This document shows, piece by piece, positions 23,115-34,645 of a stretch of DNA of 64,000 nucleotides. The position numbers were made by a program, and so were the translations under genes. How positions within the stretch are numbered: position 1 is the stretch's first letter; each line of letters opens with the position of its first letter. The notes below the pieces were generated by a model that ran no database searches, was not told the DNA's origin, and was given only the letters and a program-made list of their open reading frames with translations. Source of the stretch: Tetramitus jugosus (lineage: Eukaryota; Protista; Heterolobosea); NCBI GenBank assembly GCA_937625935.1, contig OW569349.1:1-64000 (forward strand). Reading direction: 5' to 3'.

Positions 23115-23696
23115 ATGGGTAAGCAAGTAGCAGTCGCTCCAGACGTTTCAGGAGCTATTAGAGAATTCGGCACTGTTGTAAATTATACAACTAGACAGGG
23201 GTCAGAAGAGCTTGTAACTGCTAAAGAACTACAAGCAGAGCTTAATAATGGTAGCAAATCATTATTTCAGGATCTCTTCACTGGTAAAGAAATGATAGAT
23301 GCACATAAGGAGGGCCAGTGTTTCTTTATCCCTAGAGTAACAAAGGTAGAAAGCCAAGTTATGTCAACAATGGACGCTTATAGTAGTGCAAAGGTTAGTG
23401 GATGGTCCTTTGGTTTGGAATGCGCTGATTTTGTCCTTGGGGTTAAAGCACATAAATCATCTGCTTCAATTGGAATTAGAGGAGTATGCAAAAAAGGAGT
23501 TCTCTTTAGTGTTAAAAGCAGATGCATGTTCTGTGGCAAAGATGAAGACTATAATATTGATGATACCCTTCTTGAGCAATTTGCCCTCACTAAAGGTCAA
23601 GTTGGAGGGAATTTGATGCAGGCAGAAACTTATGATATTGCTGCTCTCATAGCCAAGGCTAAAGATGAGATCAAAGCTGAGATGGTAACAAAGTGA
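23115..23696 (+). CDS. 193-aa protein, tentative gasdermin-like pore-forming fold (N-terminally short)
   Basis: Intact ORF; CFFIPRVTKV...alternating Ser/Gly-rich hairpin...GVLFSVKSRCM resembles the second half of microbial gasdermins (by-eye comparison only). Confidence 0.4.
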   Translation: MGKQVAVAPDVSGAIREFGTVVNYTTRQGSEELVTAKELQAELNNGSKSLFQDLFTGKEMIDAHKEGQCFFIPRVTKVESQVMSTMDAYSSAKVSGWSFGLECADFVLGVKAHKSSASIGIRGVCKKGVLFSVKSRCMFCGKDEDYNIDDTLLEQFALTKGQVGGNLMQAETYDIAALIAKAKDEIKAEMVTK

Positions 23697-23879
23697 TTCT
23701 AGAAGTGTTGATTATAAATAAATGGTGTTTGGGAACTGTATTTACAATTCTGATACTTATGTCTGTAAGTTGCTCTAATCTAGTCGTTTAATTGTGACTA
23801 TTGAGGTAATAACATGTATATGGTGAGTACGAACTATGGCAATGTGACGACAAATCAGATCCTGCGAATCCTCAATTAG

Positions 23880-24897
23880 TCGATGCCCGAAACAGTTCTG
23901 ATTTGGTCATTCGAGACTTTCATAAGCGCAGAAAGAAGATTCCCTCCTTCTCATTCTTTGAAATTGCAGTCATGACACAATAGATCAAACAGTTAAAAAA
24001 TGGACTTCTATTTTTTGATGAGTTCGTGCAATCTGATGTTGTTCGAGTTCTAGTGCTTCGAAATGCCAGTGCCCAACTGGGAGTACTTAAGAGGAGGATG
24101 ACAATTATGTTTGTTAACATTCAATTCAGTTCCACAGATGATCTATCCCCAAATGTTGTTGCTAATATGTTGCAAATCATGTTCACTTCGTTGTCTCACA
24201 TTGTCACAACAGAAGGAGGTGTGATTGACAAGTATTTATCAGAAGGTTTCATGTGTTTATTCAATGCTCCATTGGATAATCATGAAGTTCGATCCATCCA
24301 AGCATCACTTCGTATGATCCAAAGAATTGAAGAATTGAATGATAACTGGACGAAAGACGGTCTTCCAACACTCTCAATCAATATTGGAGTGAATACCGAT
24401 GAATGTTATGTGGGAAATGTTGGAAGTCGAAAGAGAGTCAATTATACTGCATTAGGTGATGCAGTGAACGTTGCAAGTCGATTGGTACCTCTCAACATTC
24501 GATATGATTCATCAATCATTATTGGACCTAAAACACGAGAAACAGCACAACATTTGTTTGTCTGTAGATGGATTGCTTGCCTCCAGGTCAAGGGGAAAAC
24601 TCAACCAAGTATGTACATTGTATTTTGTTCACCACTTTCGATTAACTTCTCACACGTGTTTAAGTTGATGTGTATCAAGTAGTGATCGAGAGAGAGAAAG
24701 CTTCAGATCAACAGAAACAAATGGAAGCTCTCGCTTCGCATGTGAAGCAATCTATTGAATTAAATGATCTAGCTTCAGCTCACTCATTGGTTCTCTCTTT
24801 GTTGACAAGGTATCCGAATGACAAAGCATTGATTGAGTTGCAACAACGATTGGAATCTCCAAATTTTAGTGTTTCCTTGGAATTGAGCAGTAAATGA
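23880..24897 (+). pseudogene. Adenylate/guanylate cyclase 3' fragment (HAMP remnant + class III cyclase), intron 24609-24665
   Basis: GGVIDKYL, IGVNT..VGNVGSRKRVNYTALGDAVNVASRL, VKGK; in-frame stop upstream of the domain; 5' part missing. Confidence 0.8.
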
Positions 24898-25155
24898 GTT
24901 GTGGATGCTAGCGAAGAGTTTTCAATCCTCTTGTCATAAGGAGGTGGAGTAATACTTCGTACTGAGGACAACGGTTCTAATCCCTAACGGTCAATAAGAT
25001 AGATGAGTGCTGTTGGATACAACGCTTACAAATCAGCCGAGCAATGATTGTCCGTTAACGTTTCTTGGGTAAGAAACTCCGTGTCGGAAACGACATTCTC
25101 CTCTTTCGTCCAATTTATTTGTCCAACTCGGAGAAACAGAAGAAAGAGAAAAAAC

Positions 25156-26449
25156 ATGTATGCAATAATAACGTGGGCCGTGTGGCATGAAATTTTAACA
25201 TGGACTTCCATGATTGTTGGTTGGACCTATTTTGCTGCTTGGTCCCTGTCTTTTTATCCTCAGCGTAAGTTCACTCATCCTTCTTTGTTCGTTTTTATGT
25301 GAATAATCTTCTTGTTGCTCACACATGATTGATGATGCACACACAGTGATTGAAAATTGGAGACGAAAGTCTGTTGTTGGTCTCTCGTTTGACTTTTTGG
25401 TGTTGAACGTGATTGGTCACACGAGTTACTTGGTGTTCAATGCTGTCTTGTTCTGGGATCCATATGTCAAGTCTCTCTATCACAAAAAGTATCCTTCAAA
25501 GGGTAATCCAGTTGAAATTAATGATGTTGTCTTTTCGATCCGTATGTAGAAAACGTCGTCACAGTGCTCTATCGTATTGACTCTTGTTGTGTGATTATTA
25601 TTATTGTCGTGATCGATCAGTTGTCATGGTGTTTTGTGATCAACGATCATCATTTGGTCATTTATATTGTTGTTTGTTTCCATGTTGATCAAAATATCTG
25701 ACTTGCATGTTTTCATCAATTGCTATTGTTGTTGTTGTTGTTGTTCTTCTGTCAACAATGATATCATTCGAATGACACCTCACACAGATGCTGTGATATT
25801 GACCACCATTACCATTTTCCAGTGTATGATCTATGAGAGAGGAGGTCAAGTCATCTCTTGGACAGCTAGAATATTGAGCATGGTTATCATGTTGATCATC
25901 TCCATCTGCATATTTTTCACATTGTCTGATGTGTTGAGTTGGTTGGGCATGATGAACACTCTAGGTTATGTAAAATTGGCAATCTCATTCTTCAAGTATG
26001 TGCCTCAAGCCTGGTTGAACTATAGGAGAAGAATGACCATTGGTTGGTCCATTGGTCAAATCATTCTTGATCTGACAGGTGGTATCTTGTCCTTTGCTCA
26101 AATGTTTATCGATGCCATCAATAACAATAATTGGTCGAGTTTCGAAGGAGGAAATATTCCAAAGTTGGGTCTTGCGATCCTGTCGATTGTGTTTGATCTC
26201 ATTTTCATTACGCAGCACTACATTCTCTACAGTAAGAATAACGAAGAGTATCACGAGCAACAACAAGCTATCGCCAATTCGACCAAAAACTCAAGTAAAA
26301 AACAGAGTCGAGTATCTCGCGTCGAAGAGGAGGCAGATTATGACTATGAACAGGAGAAGAACTCGATGCTTCAGTACGATTCACTAAGACTGACTCGAGA
26401 AACAGTGATCAATACTCAACCTCACTTCAATGAAGAGTTGAGCGAGTGA
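25156..26449 (+). CDS. CTNS: Cystinosin (PQ-loop lysosomal cystine transporter); exons 25156-25264, 25347-25541, 25788-26449
   Basis: GWTYFAAWSLSFYPQ, NWRRKSVVGLSFDF, KYVPQAWLNYRR..GWSIGQIILDLTGG; GT-AG introns restore the frame. Confidence 0.95.
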
Positions 26450-26531
26450 GTGTATTCGTTTGGAAAGACTCTACTGCTCTTGACTCGATTATATTGATAT
26501 TTATACAATGTGATTACATAAAAAAACATCA

Positions 26532-28148
26532 TTACAAATCTTTGTCCTTGTATGAGTCAAGTATGACTGCACCAGACGAAGGGCCCGAAGAGAAGAGAAC
26601 CTCACTGCGCTTCGCATTCTTTGTCATCTCTTTGTCCTGATAATAGTACTGCCACAAGTCATCCATAAATTGATTTACACATTCGTTTCGTACAAGAGAC
26701 ACACAACATCCACCCCATCCTGCACCAGTCAATCGACTACCCAAACAACCAGCTCTTGATTGCGCGAATGAGGTAATCTGATTGAGTTCCGAGCACGAAC
26801 ACTCGAACAGATCTCTACAACTCGAATGACTATCGTTCATCAACTGTCCAAACTTCTCTGCAATATTGGCAGTGTCACTTGTGTGTGTACTACTACAAAG
26901 CTCGACAGCGTTCAAAACTCTTTCTGCCTCTGAAAATACATGAATAGCTCTTTGTCGCAATTTGAAACCCTCTTCATTAGCTAACACTATTGAACCAAAG
27001 TATCTCTGTCGTATGTCTTGTACAGAATCAAGTTGTAATAAATCTCTCACATCTTCCATACTGTACTCATCTTTCGTCAGGTGTGATTTACAGTGATCGA
27101 TCATTGCACTCAAAGGCAGGTGTAGCATATCCTCTTGGAGCCAATGCAGTGTGTGATATTCGCTCAGTACAGTGTTCACCAATGCTTTGCACAAGATGGA
27201 AGTAGCCAATCTGCATTCAACAACACGTCGATTATAATTGTGAGCTGCACTTTCATTCTTATGCGCTCCAACCAACGTATTGCTGACAACAAAGGAGACA
27301 CCTGATGGCAGACTCACAGCTTGATGATTCAACTTTGGTTCAAAAGTAATGTACTGTGCGTGGTCTTTTTCACCCAGAAAGCTAATCGCTTGATCCATTC
27401 CACCAATCTGCACATTCATTCCAAATCTCTCACTATCTGCCGCCAGCTGTCCAAAATCCTGTTTAGATATTTCTGTGTGCTTACCGAAGGCTCTACAGGT
27501 AGCCAGAGTACAAGCACATACAAGTGCACTAGAGCTCGATAGTCCACTTCCCATAGGAACATTGCCATTGATCATCAAGTAGAGATCAATCACAGAAGAA
27601 TCATCAGCAATCATCTTGGAAAGACAATCGCGCGTCACACGTGTCATAGCACCTCTCACTCCACACAGCACATAGTTACTCCAGTGATGATTCTCTCGAT
27701 CAATCGTAATGCACTGTCCAATATCACCACCATGAGACTCCTTCACTTGAAAAGTGTGAACTCTCTTGGCAAACTCTGACTCTCTTGAATTTCCAATGTG
27801 TACGTTGAGTGTGACACTTGTCTTGGATGAAAGTTCCAACTCTGTATTGCAATGATTCCTGATGTGAATCGCACATGCAACAACAGCATCGACTTCGAGG
27901 GCCATTGGCAAAACACCGTATCCACTGTAGTCAATGTGCTCTCCAATGAGATTGACTCTTCCAGGTGCACGAACAATAAATTGTGGCTCAGCACTCGACG
28001 CTTGTTGTTCGATCGATGAGGGGTGGAATTGGCTTTTGAACGATCGGATCAATTGATCATATCTCTGTTTCTCGACAGGTACTCTGTCTGGAGAATAAAT
28101 TTCACTCAGGGAGTGCACAATGGGAACATGACTGTCTGTTTGGGTCAT
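26532..28148 (-). CDS. GALK2: Galactokinase / N-acetylgalactosamine kinase (GHMP family)
   Basis: RAPGRVNLIGEHIDY, PMGSGLSSSSA, GGMDQ, GSRLTGAGWGGC. Confidence 0.93.
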   Translation of the reverse strand: MTQTDSHVPIVHSLSEIYSPDRVPVEKQRYDQLIRSFKSQFHPSSIEQQASSAEPQFIVRAPGRVNLIGEHIDYSGYGVLPMALEVDAVVACAIHIRNHCNTELELSSKTSVTLNVHIGNSRESEFAKRVHTFQVKESHGGDIGQCITIDRENHHWSNYVLCGVRGAMTRVTRDCLSKMIADDSSVIDLYLMINGNVPMGSGLSSSSALVCACTLATCRAFGKHTEISKQDFGQLAADSERFGMNVQIGGMDQAISFLGEKDHAQYITFEPKLNHQAVSLPSGVSFVVSNTLVGAHKNESAAHNYNRRVVECRLATSILCKALVNTVLSEYHTLHWLQEDMLHLPLSAMIDHCKSHLTKDEYSMEDVRDLLQLDSVQDIRQRYFGSIVLANEEGFKLRQRAIHVFSEAERVLNAVELCSSTHTSDTANIAEKFGQLMNDSHSSCRDLFECSCSELNQITSFAQSRAGCLGSRLTGAGWGGCCVSLVRNECVNQFMDDLWQYYYQDKEMTKNAKRSEVLFSSGPSSGAVILDSYKDKDL

Positions 28149-28231
28149 AATGGATGGTTGATCGCTTGAGAGCAGTGATGGGTGAAGGATTTTTTGTTTG
28201 TCAGGTGGATTGTTTGTTTGGTGGTGGATAT

Positions 28232-29515
28232 TTATGAATTGTTGTGGTTGGTCAGCAGGGAGAACACATGGAAATTACCTGCCATCACATCTACGACTTT
28301 TTTGTTCGTGTTGCTAGCAATCAATTCTGTGGGATAGTCCACTCTCATTTCCTTCTGCCCCAGTCCTAATTCTCCAAAGTTGCACACACCAAATGCAAAC
28401 ACACGACCAGATTCCGTCACGACAAAATTCGCAGTGGAGGTACAAGCGATGCTGACAGGTTTGTCATCACTCGAAATGAAATGATTCTTGTACAGGGTTA
28501 ATTCCTTCATCTTAGATTCATGGTGTATCACATACTTGGATGAAAGGTCCAACTTTTTGTTGATCATATCTTGCTCTGCAATGGTCAACACACGATCACC
28601 GGTGTCTGAGCTGGCAAGCTTCCTCACATATCTTGTATAACCCAGATTCTGCAAATCAAAACCAAATCCATATAGAGAGCCATCACTGGTGCGACACAGA
28701 AAGTGTTTAGAAGAAGCAGCAATCTCTTGCACCCTTCTACCACAGATGTTGCGACAAACGAACACAGGACTGCTAAAAGGACTATTCTGATCATTATCTA
28801 AAGTTGTTCTACCTCCCCATACATAGACTGACCAATCATCGGACAAGGCAATATTCACGTGTTCCTTTATAGATAATGATCGAACTTGCCAATCAACTTC
28901 TATTCTCTTGAAGAAGGTCTGATCACAGTGATCCCCATGTCCATTCTGACCATAATAACCATAGCCTGCTGAATACATAATACCTTTCGAATCGACTAGA
29001 ATGGTGTGACGAGAACCACAAGCTCCAAATGAAATGGACCTGTGTTTCAAATGGTCGACCAACATTGGCTCTAGAATCGAACAGTGCATACCGAGACCTA
29101 ACTGGTAATTGTAAGAATGTCCACACACGTAGACTAAACCCCTCTCAGTTACAAATACAGAGTGTCTATCCCCACATGATGCATGAACAATTTTCTGATG
29201 ATCAAACTTTAGAGCTGGTATAGGTTGAGGCTTTTCACAATCGTTTGTATGACCCAGCCCTAACTGTCCACTCTGATTTCGTCCAAATGTGTAAGCAATT
29301 CCTTCGTGAGTAATAATTACAGAGTGACTTCCACCTGTAGCCAAGTAACAGATATTTGGAGGAACAATAGATGAATTGTTGTCAAAACGAATGGCTATTG
29401 GTTTCTCAGTATCATCTCCTAGATCGTGTAACACCTGCAAATTATTCCAACCCCAACTGTAAACGTCAGTGTAAATCGGTTGAACTGAGACATTATTTTG
29501 ATTATCAACACTCAT
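28232..29515 (-). CDS. RCC1-repeat protein
   Basis: Repeated G-x-N-x-x-GQLGLG and CG-x-x-H motifs; probable start MSVDNQ at 29515. Confidence 0.9.
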   Translation of the reverse strand: MSVDNQNNVSVQPIYTDVYSWGWNNLQVLHDLGDDTEKPIAIRFDNNSSIVPPNICYLATGGSHSVIITHEGIAYTFGRNQSGQLGLGHTNDCEKPQPIPALKFDHQKIVHASCGDRHSVFVTERGLVYVCGHSYNYQLGLGMHCSILEPMLVDHLKHRSISFGACGSRHTILVDSKGIMYSAGYGYYGQNGHGDHCDQTFFKRIEVDWQVRSLSIKEHVNIALSDDWSVYVWGGRTTLDNDQNSPFSSPVFVCRNICGRRVQEIAASSKHFLCRTSDGSLYGFGFDLQNLGYTRYVRKLASSDTGDRVLTIAEQDMINKKLDLSSKYVIHHESKMKELTLYKNHFISSDDKPVSIACTSTANFVVTESGRVFAFGVCNFGELGLGQKEMRVDYPTELIASNTNKKVVDVMAGNFHVFSLLTNHNNS

Positions 29516-29678
29516 GTTTGATCGATGTGTTTTATTTTCGGTCCTTCCTTGAGATATATTGCTTGTGGTTTCTTCGTACTGCGGTGTTTCCTTCTGTAGC
29601 GGGCAAAAAACCGTTTCACACTTCCGATTATTTAGCTCTGCATTTTTTGTTTTGCAGAGGAATGAAATTGGCAGCGCT

Positions 29679-30847
29679 TTAATGAATGGTGACCAAGCTC
29701 TCCTCAAAGTGAATTCTTCTGATTGTCTCTGCCAAAATATTACCAACACTCTCAACAACAATCTTACCATTGCTATGTTGCAACAGAGTCACAACATCTG
29801 GATTCTGATGATGCAATGTATTTGTCACAATCAACTTCTCCAAATCTGAGGAATTGATCAACTCCTTCAATGTCTCGATATCGTTGAACAGTGCATGTGT
29901 GATGCAGGCATAAATTTTTTGAGCTCCACACCTCTTCAACTCCTTTACAGCAGCCAAGAGAGTCTTACCAGTATCGATCATATCATCCACAATAATACAG
30001 TCATAGCCTTGAACCTTACCAACGAGTTCCATGCCCAATGATTCATCATTCAACTTCCACTTGTTCATCACTGCAAACGAAGTATCGATATTCATCTGCT
30101 CACTAAAGTAGTTTTTGAATTCTTCTGCACGACTGCTACCAGCAGCATCAGGTGCCACAACAGTCACAGGATTCTTAAATGTGATTCTCTCCAATGGCTT
30201 CAACAAAACAGATCTCACAGAAATATCGTCTACAGGTATGGAGAAGAAGCCTTGAATCTGACCACTGTGCAACTCAACAGAAAGCACATGATCTACACCG
30301 GATTCTTGAATCAATCGGGCCATGAGAGAAGCAGAGATTGGCACACGAGACTTTGTCTTTCTGTCCTGTCTTCCATAGGCAAAATATGTCATGACAACCG
30401 TAATTCTCTTGGCTGATGCTCTCTTGAGAGTATCAACAATCAAACACAATTCCATCATGTTGTCATTCACAGGAGGGGAAGTTGGCTGAATCAAGAAGCA
30501 ATCACAACCTCTGACATTCTCCAAGATTTGACACCCGACTTCATTATCAGCAAACTTACTGACAGTCATCTTACCCAGAGTGACTCTGAGCGCTTTGGCT
30601 ACTGATTCGGCCAGTGGTGCATTGGCTGTTCCAGAAAAAATTTTCTATTCATCGCAACAAATATCGCCACAACAAGAGATGAAAACACGTTTCAAAGCAC
30701 AACACAAGAAGCCCGAAGAGCAAACACGTGATTCATTGTGTGTAAAAAGATCAAAATGATTTTGTTAATGTGATGTCAAGACGCAAGCCACACAATGATA
30801 AGGAGTTATCATCATCAGAGTACACATACCAACTCAAATCCCGACAT
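29679..30847 (-). CDS. PRPS: Ribose-phosphate pyrophosphokinase; exon 1 30830-30847, intron 30645-30829
   Basis: Spliced start MSGFEL|KIFSGTAN; YGRQDRK, LHSGQIQGFF, IIVDDMIDTGKT. Confidence 0.95.
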
Positions 30848-31125
30848 GTTTCTTTTGTTGTTGCTGCTTCGATCTGATTCCCTTGCAAGAAATCTCTCTT
30901 TGAATTTGCTCCAGGTGAAAAAATCCGCTCCCGCTTTTCATTTCCCCGCGAGCTTCTCCGAGTGAACGACATGTCGTGTATTCTCACGTGTTGTGTGCGA
31001 TGAGTGTATTTTACATCTCATTGAAAATTGGAACACAAACATGTTTACTCATTAATATTAGTCTGAGAAGCTTGGGTGCAAATTCTTCAATTAGTGGGTC
31101 ATTCATAGTAATAAATGCTCATCTA

Positions 31126-31761
31126 TTATATGGCAGCATTCACGGCACAATGAGAGAAATTCTCGTGTATATCCAAGTCAGTCAGTGGTCGTGAATCCTC
31201 AGTCGAGTGATCAGAATTCGTTAGAACTCTCTGTGCTTCTCTAATCCAAATTTCATACGTCTTTTGCGCATTTGCTGCACATGTGTTCTCAATAACAGAA
31301 GTAACAAGCGGTACCCACTTCTTGTATTCACACTTGATGGTCACAGTCATTTGAACACCAGTTTTGACTTGCACAGCGTTCCAATCGATATGAACCACGA
31401 GATTATCCTTGAGCAAACCACTTAGCATGTTCATCACGGTCACTCCATCCATTCTCTCTGGTGAACTACCGTAGATTGTCATGGTAGCTGTCGATAATCC
31501 CTTGACAGTTTTCAAGTTTAGAAAATTTTGGACAATTGTTGGTGCTTGAACAGGAGCTTCAAACGTAATCTCTCTCTGTATCACTCTGCTCTGGGTCTTT
31601 GAACATTGATCGAGTTGACACCATGATCCAACAGAGAGATTCGTTTGTCCCATAATCTCCTGCACGTTCTTTTGGAAGCTGGGATCAATGAACATGTGCC
31701 TCAGAAATTGTGACATGGTAGAATTGGGAAAGGTAGCAGTGACTTGAATTGTTTTTGTCAT
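31126..31761 (-). CDS. VASt/StART-like lipid-binding domain protein
   Basis: NLSVGSW..REITF..VTIKCEYKKW..SVIE pattern of helix-grip VASt domains. Confidence 0.6.
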   Translation of the reverse strand: MTKTIQVTATFPNSTMSQFLRHMFIDPSFQKNVQEIMGQTNLSVGSWCQLDQCSKTQSRVIQREITFEAPVQAPTIVQNFLNLKTVKGLSTATMTIYGSSPERMDGVTVMNMLSGLLKDNLVVHIDWNAVQVKTGVQMTVTIKCEYKKWVPLVTSVIENTCAANAQKTYEIWIREAQRVLTNSDHSTEDSRPLTDLDIHENFSHCAVNAAI

Positions 31762-32152
31762 TATTTGTTTGGATGTGTGGTGTTGTAGTGAATGAGAGAA
31801 GAGAGAATAGAAGAGAGAATTGAATTCGTTAGCAGCAGTAGTAGAGAAAGACTATTTTAAGTGGTAGTCGAAGTTGTTGGTTGGAGAGATGATCTTTGAT
31901 AGATTTGCAGTGAGTTTTACTTGCTCGAAAGGTATTTCTGTGTGTGAGTGGATGACAAAAACTTGAAGTTCGTTCGTTATACAGCCGACAACGTCCTTGT
32001 TATTTTTGCATTTCGCGAACCCATCCAAACAACTCCGCTCGCGCCCTTCATTTCACACAAGCAGCAGTTCATGGTGCAGCACCAAGAGCAAAACAACAAC
32101 AACCATTAAGAATTCTTGAGAGAGCTCAGAAGAATAACAACAAGTGAACTGA

Positions 32153-33062
32153 ATGATGAAGAACAATAGAGAAAAGATTGGTACACCAATGATTGATTGG
32201 AAAGAAGTGGCATTTGGTGCCGGTAAAAATCGAAGAAAAACCATTGGTTTCGGCAAGTATGACAAGAAGGAGAGACAATACGAAGATGAAATCTATATTC
32301 GTGAATTGTCAATTGTAGATGGTGGAATTGGTTGTGCCGTGTGGGATGCTGCCATCATTTTGACTCGTTGGATCTATGGTGCACCACAACTCTTTCAAAA
32401 TCAAGTCTTGTTGGAGTTGGGCGCAGGTGTCGGACTTCCTGGTATTTGTGCCGCGAGATTTGCAAAAAATTGTTTCCTCACAGATTACTTGACACCTGTT
32501 GTGGACAATTTGCAGTACAATATTGATATCAATGCTTCCATTGTTTCTGATGATGTTGATGATGATGAACACAGTGGTGATAGTGATGCCAGTGATAATA
32601 GCAATGAAGACAGAGAAAACAAGTATCAATCAAAGCTCAATGTAAAGAAGAGTGCAAAGGCTGTTTTGTTGAACTGGGACAATATTGATAACTTTGATTT
32701 GATGATTCAAGATGATTCAGGCGTGTTGGACATACCAAAGAGAGGTGTTGACATAATTTTGGGCAGTGAGTTGACTTATACGGGAAATGAAAACACAATC
32801 AATCATTTGATTCGAGTGATTGACCACTTTTTGAGACCATTTGGTGTGTTTGTTGAGCGATGATCGTGATGGAGTGGCTCAGTTCTTGGTTGATGTCAAG
32901 GCCAATGGCTACAATTATGAGATTATACCTGTTCATGAGAGATACCTGGGTAACTATAACACAAAACAGAAGGCAGAGACCTACAAGTTCTATGTGTTTG
33001 TCCGGGAGAACGAAATGGAGAACAATGAACTTTTTACTGCCACTTGTCAATCGATGAAGTGA
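32153..33062 (+). pseudogene. Protein-lysine methyltransferase (Methyltransf_16 family) with frameshift at ~32855
   Basis: GCAVWDAA, LELGAGVGLPG, LTDY, LNW, IILGSELTY; C-terminal SDDRDGV.. lies in another frame with no GT-AG intron evident. Confidence 0.7.
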
Positions 33063-33329
33063 AAGAACCAGAGTGGCACCACTTCTCCAAACCGAACACA
33101 CACACTCCACACAGTTTGAATAAATCACTGTAAAACCCAAACCTTCAATGGTTGCCGTTCATTCAGCCGCTCATTTAGAACATGGCATCGCAAAAAAAAA
33201 ACAGCCGACTCTGTCGTCATTGCGAAATCAAAACGAAAACATCAAGCAAAAAAAAAACAAACAAATCATTGATTGATTGATTGGATCGAAAAAACAAGAC
33301 ACTACTCTATTGTACATATTTTGTTTGGG

Positions 33330-34052
33330 ATGCTGTTCTTTACGATTCTCACCTATGCTTCCGTATATGCCTCCATGGCATTTGCCGCACTGTGTCTCGC
33401 CACTGGACTATACTACGTAGCAGAGTTGGCAGAAGAGTACAGTGTGCTCGCAAAGAAACTTCTCGAATATTCATTGTTCACTATTGTTGGTATCCATGTG
33501 ATATTGTGGTTGTTTGATCCATTTCCACTGCGATATATTGCGATTGGAATCATTAGTCACCTCGTGTATTATCAATTGTTGAAATCATTTCCGTTTGTGT
33601 CCTTTACGTCTGTTGGATTCATTCTGTCGTGCGTGTGCTTTTTTGCATCTCATTACGCATGGTACCATTATTTCACTGATCCGTGGACACCGGCATTTGA
33701 TTTCTATCAATTGTTTGGCTTCTTTTTCACGTGTGTGTGGTTGTTGCCCGGTGCACTGTTTATCACACTCAACATTAATGATAGTTCATTGCCTGGTGGA
33801 GTCTATTTGAGTGGTCAACCACAACAGACGAGAGATATTCTATCGTCATCGTCATCACCATCAAACATGACTGTTCGAGGAGGCAAACGACACAATAATT
33901 TGATTTCGTGGATCCATGACTGGTTATCATCCTTCCTCTCCAAATCCAAACGAAGACAGAGTGGCATACCGTCTCACCTCGGAGGCACAAACAACTTTGG
34001 TGGACTGGACAATGGATTCATCATTAGTGATCGAGGTGGTAAACATTTATAG
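33330..34052 (+). CDS. TEX261: TEX261/Svp26 ER-Golgi cargo adaptor
   Basis: LCLATGLYYVAELAEEYSVLAKK, FFTCVWLLP..LFITL..ND..LP. Confidence 0.92.
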   Translation: MLFFTILTYASVYASMAFAALCLATGLYYVAELAEEYSVLAKKLLEYSLFTIVGIHVILWLFDPFPLRYIAIGIISHLVYYQLLKSFPFVSFTSVGFILSCVCFFASHYAWYHYFTDPWTPAFDFYQLFGFFFTCVWLLPGALFITLNINDSSLPGGVYLSGQPQQTRDILSSSSSPSNMTVRGGKRHNNLISWIHDWLSSFLSKSKRRQSGIPSHLGGTNNFGGLDNGFIISDRGGKHL

Positions 34053-34645
34053 AGGGAGAGAGTATGTGATGACAATGATCATGATCGCCTCTCATCCCAC
34101 AGTGGGAACTCACTGTGCCCAATAAGAATGAAGTAATAAGAATGAATACAAAACGACAACATTTTATCAACTTGCAGAATTTTATGACCAAAATATTTAT
34201 CTATGTACAACAGTTTATTAACAACCTGAGAGTCAAGAAAGTTGACTATGTGCATGTAGTTTGTGTGTGATGGTGGTTGAATTCTTGATCATTGGTAGGA
34301 TGAATGAGTCAATCAAATGCTCAAAACACCGAGCTCTAAAATGCTTTTTGCGTGGACACATTCTTGGTAGTAGTAGCAGCAGCGAATAAGAGTGTTACTT
34401 GGGTGTGTCCTTTCCATTTTCCTTGTTTGTTGTAGTAGACTTTAGAGTCACATAATGTTGTTCCCTTCCTATTCCCAACATTTTTCTAATTACATGTTAT
34501 ATTACAACTTAATCTTGGTGTGAGTGCTCGTTTTTCTTGTGTTCGCGCGCTTGTGTTCAACTCTCAGAAAAAGCAGAGCTTTGCTTTCCAGAGAGAAAAA
34601 CACACGTGTTGCGCGAAGCGAACATTGTTACAGAAACATGACAGC

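Noticed and set aside
7100-23880. Endogenous giant virus or Polinton/virophage
   Set aside because: Intronless orphan genes are suggestive, but I found no capsid, packaging ATPase, PolB, integrase or primase-helicase motifs; not excluded as ultimate origin.
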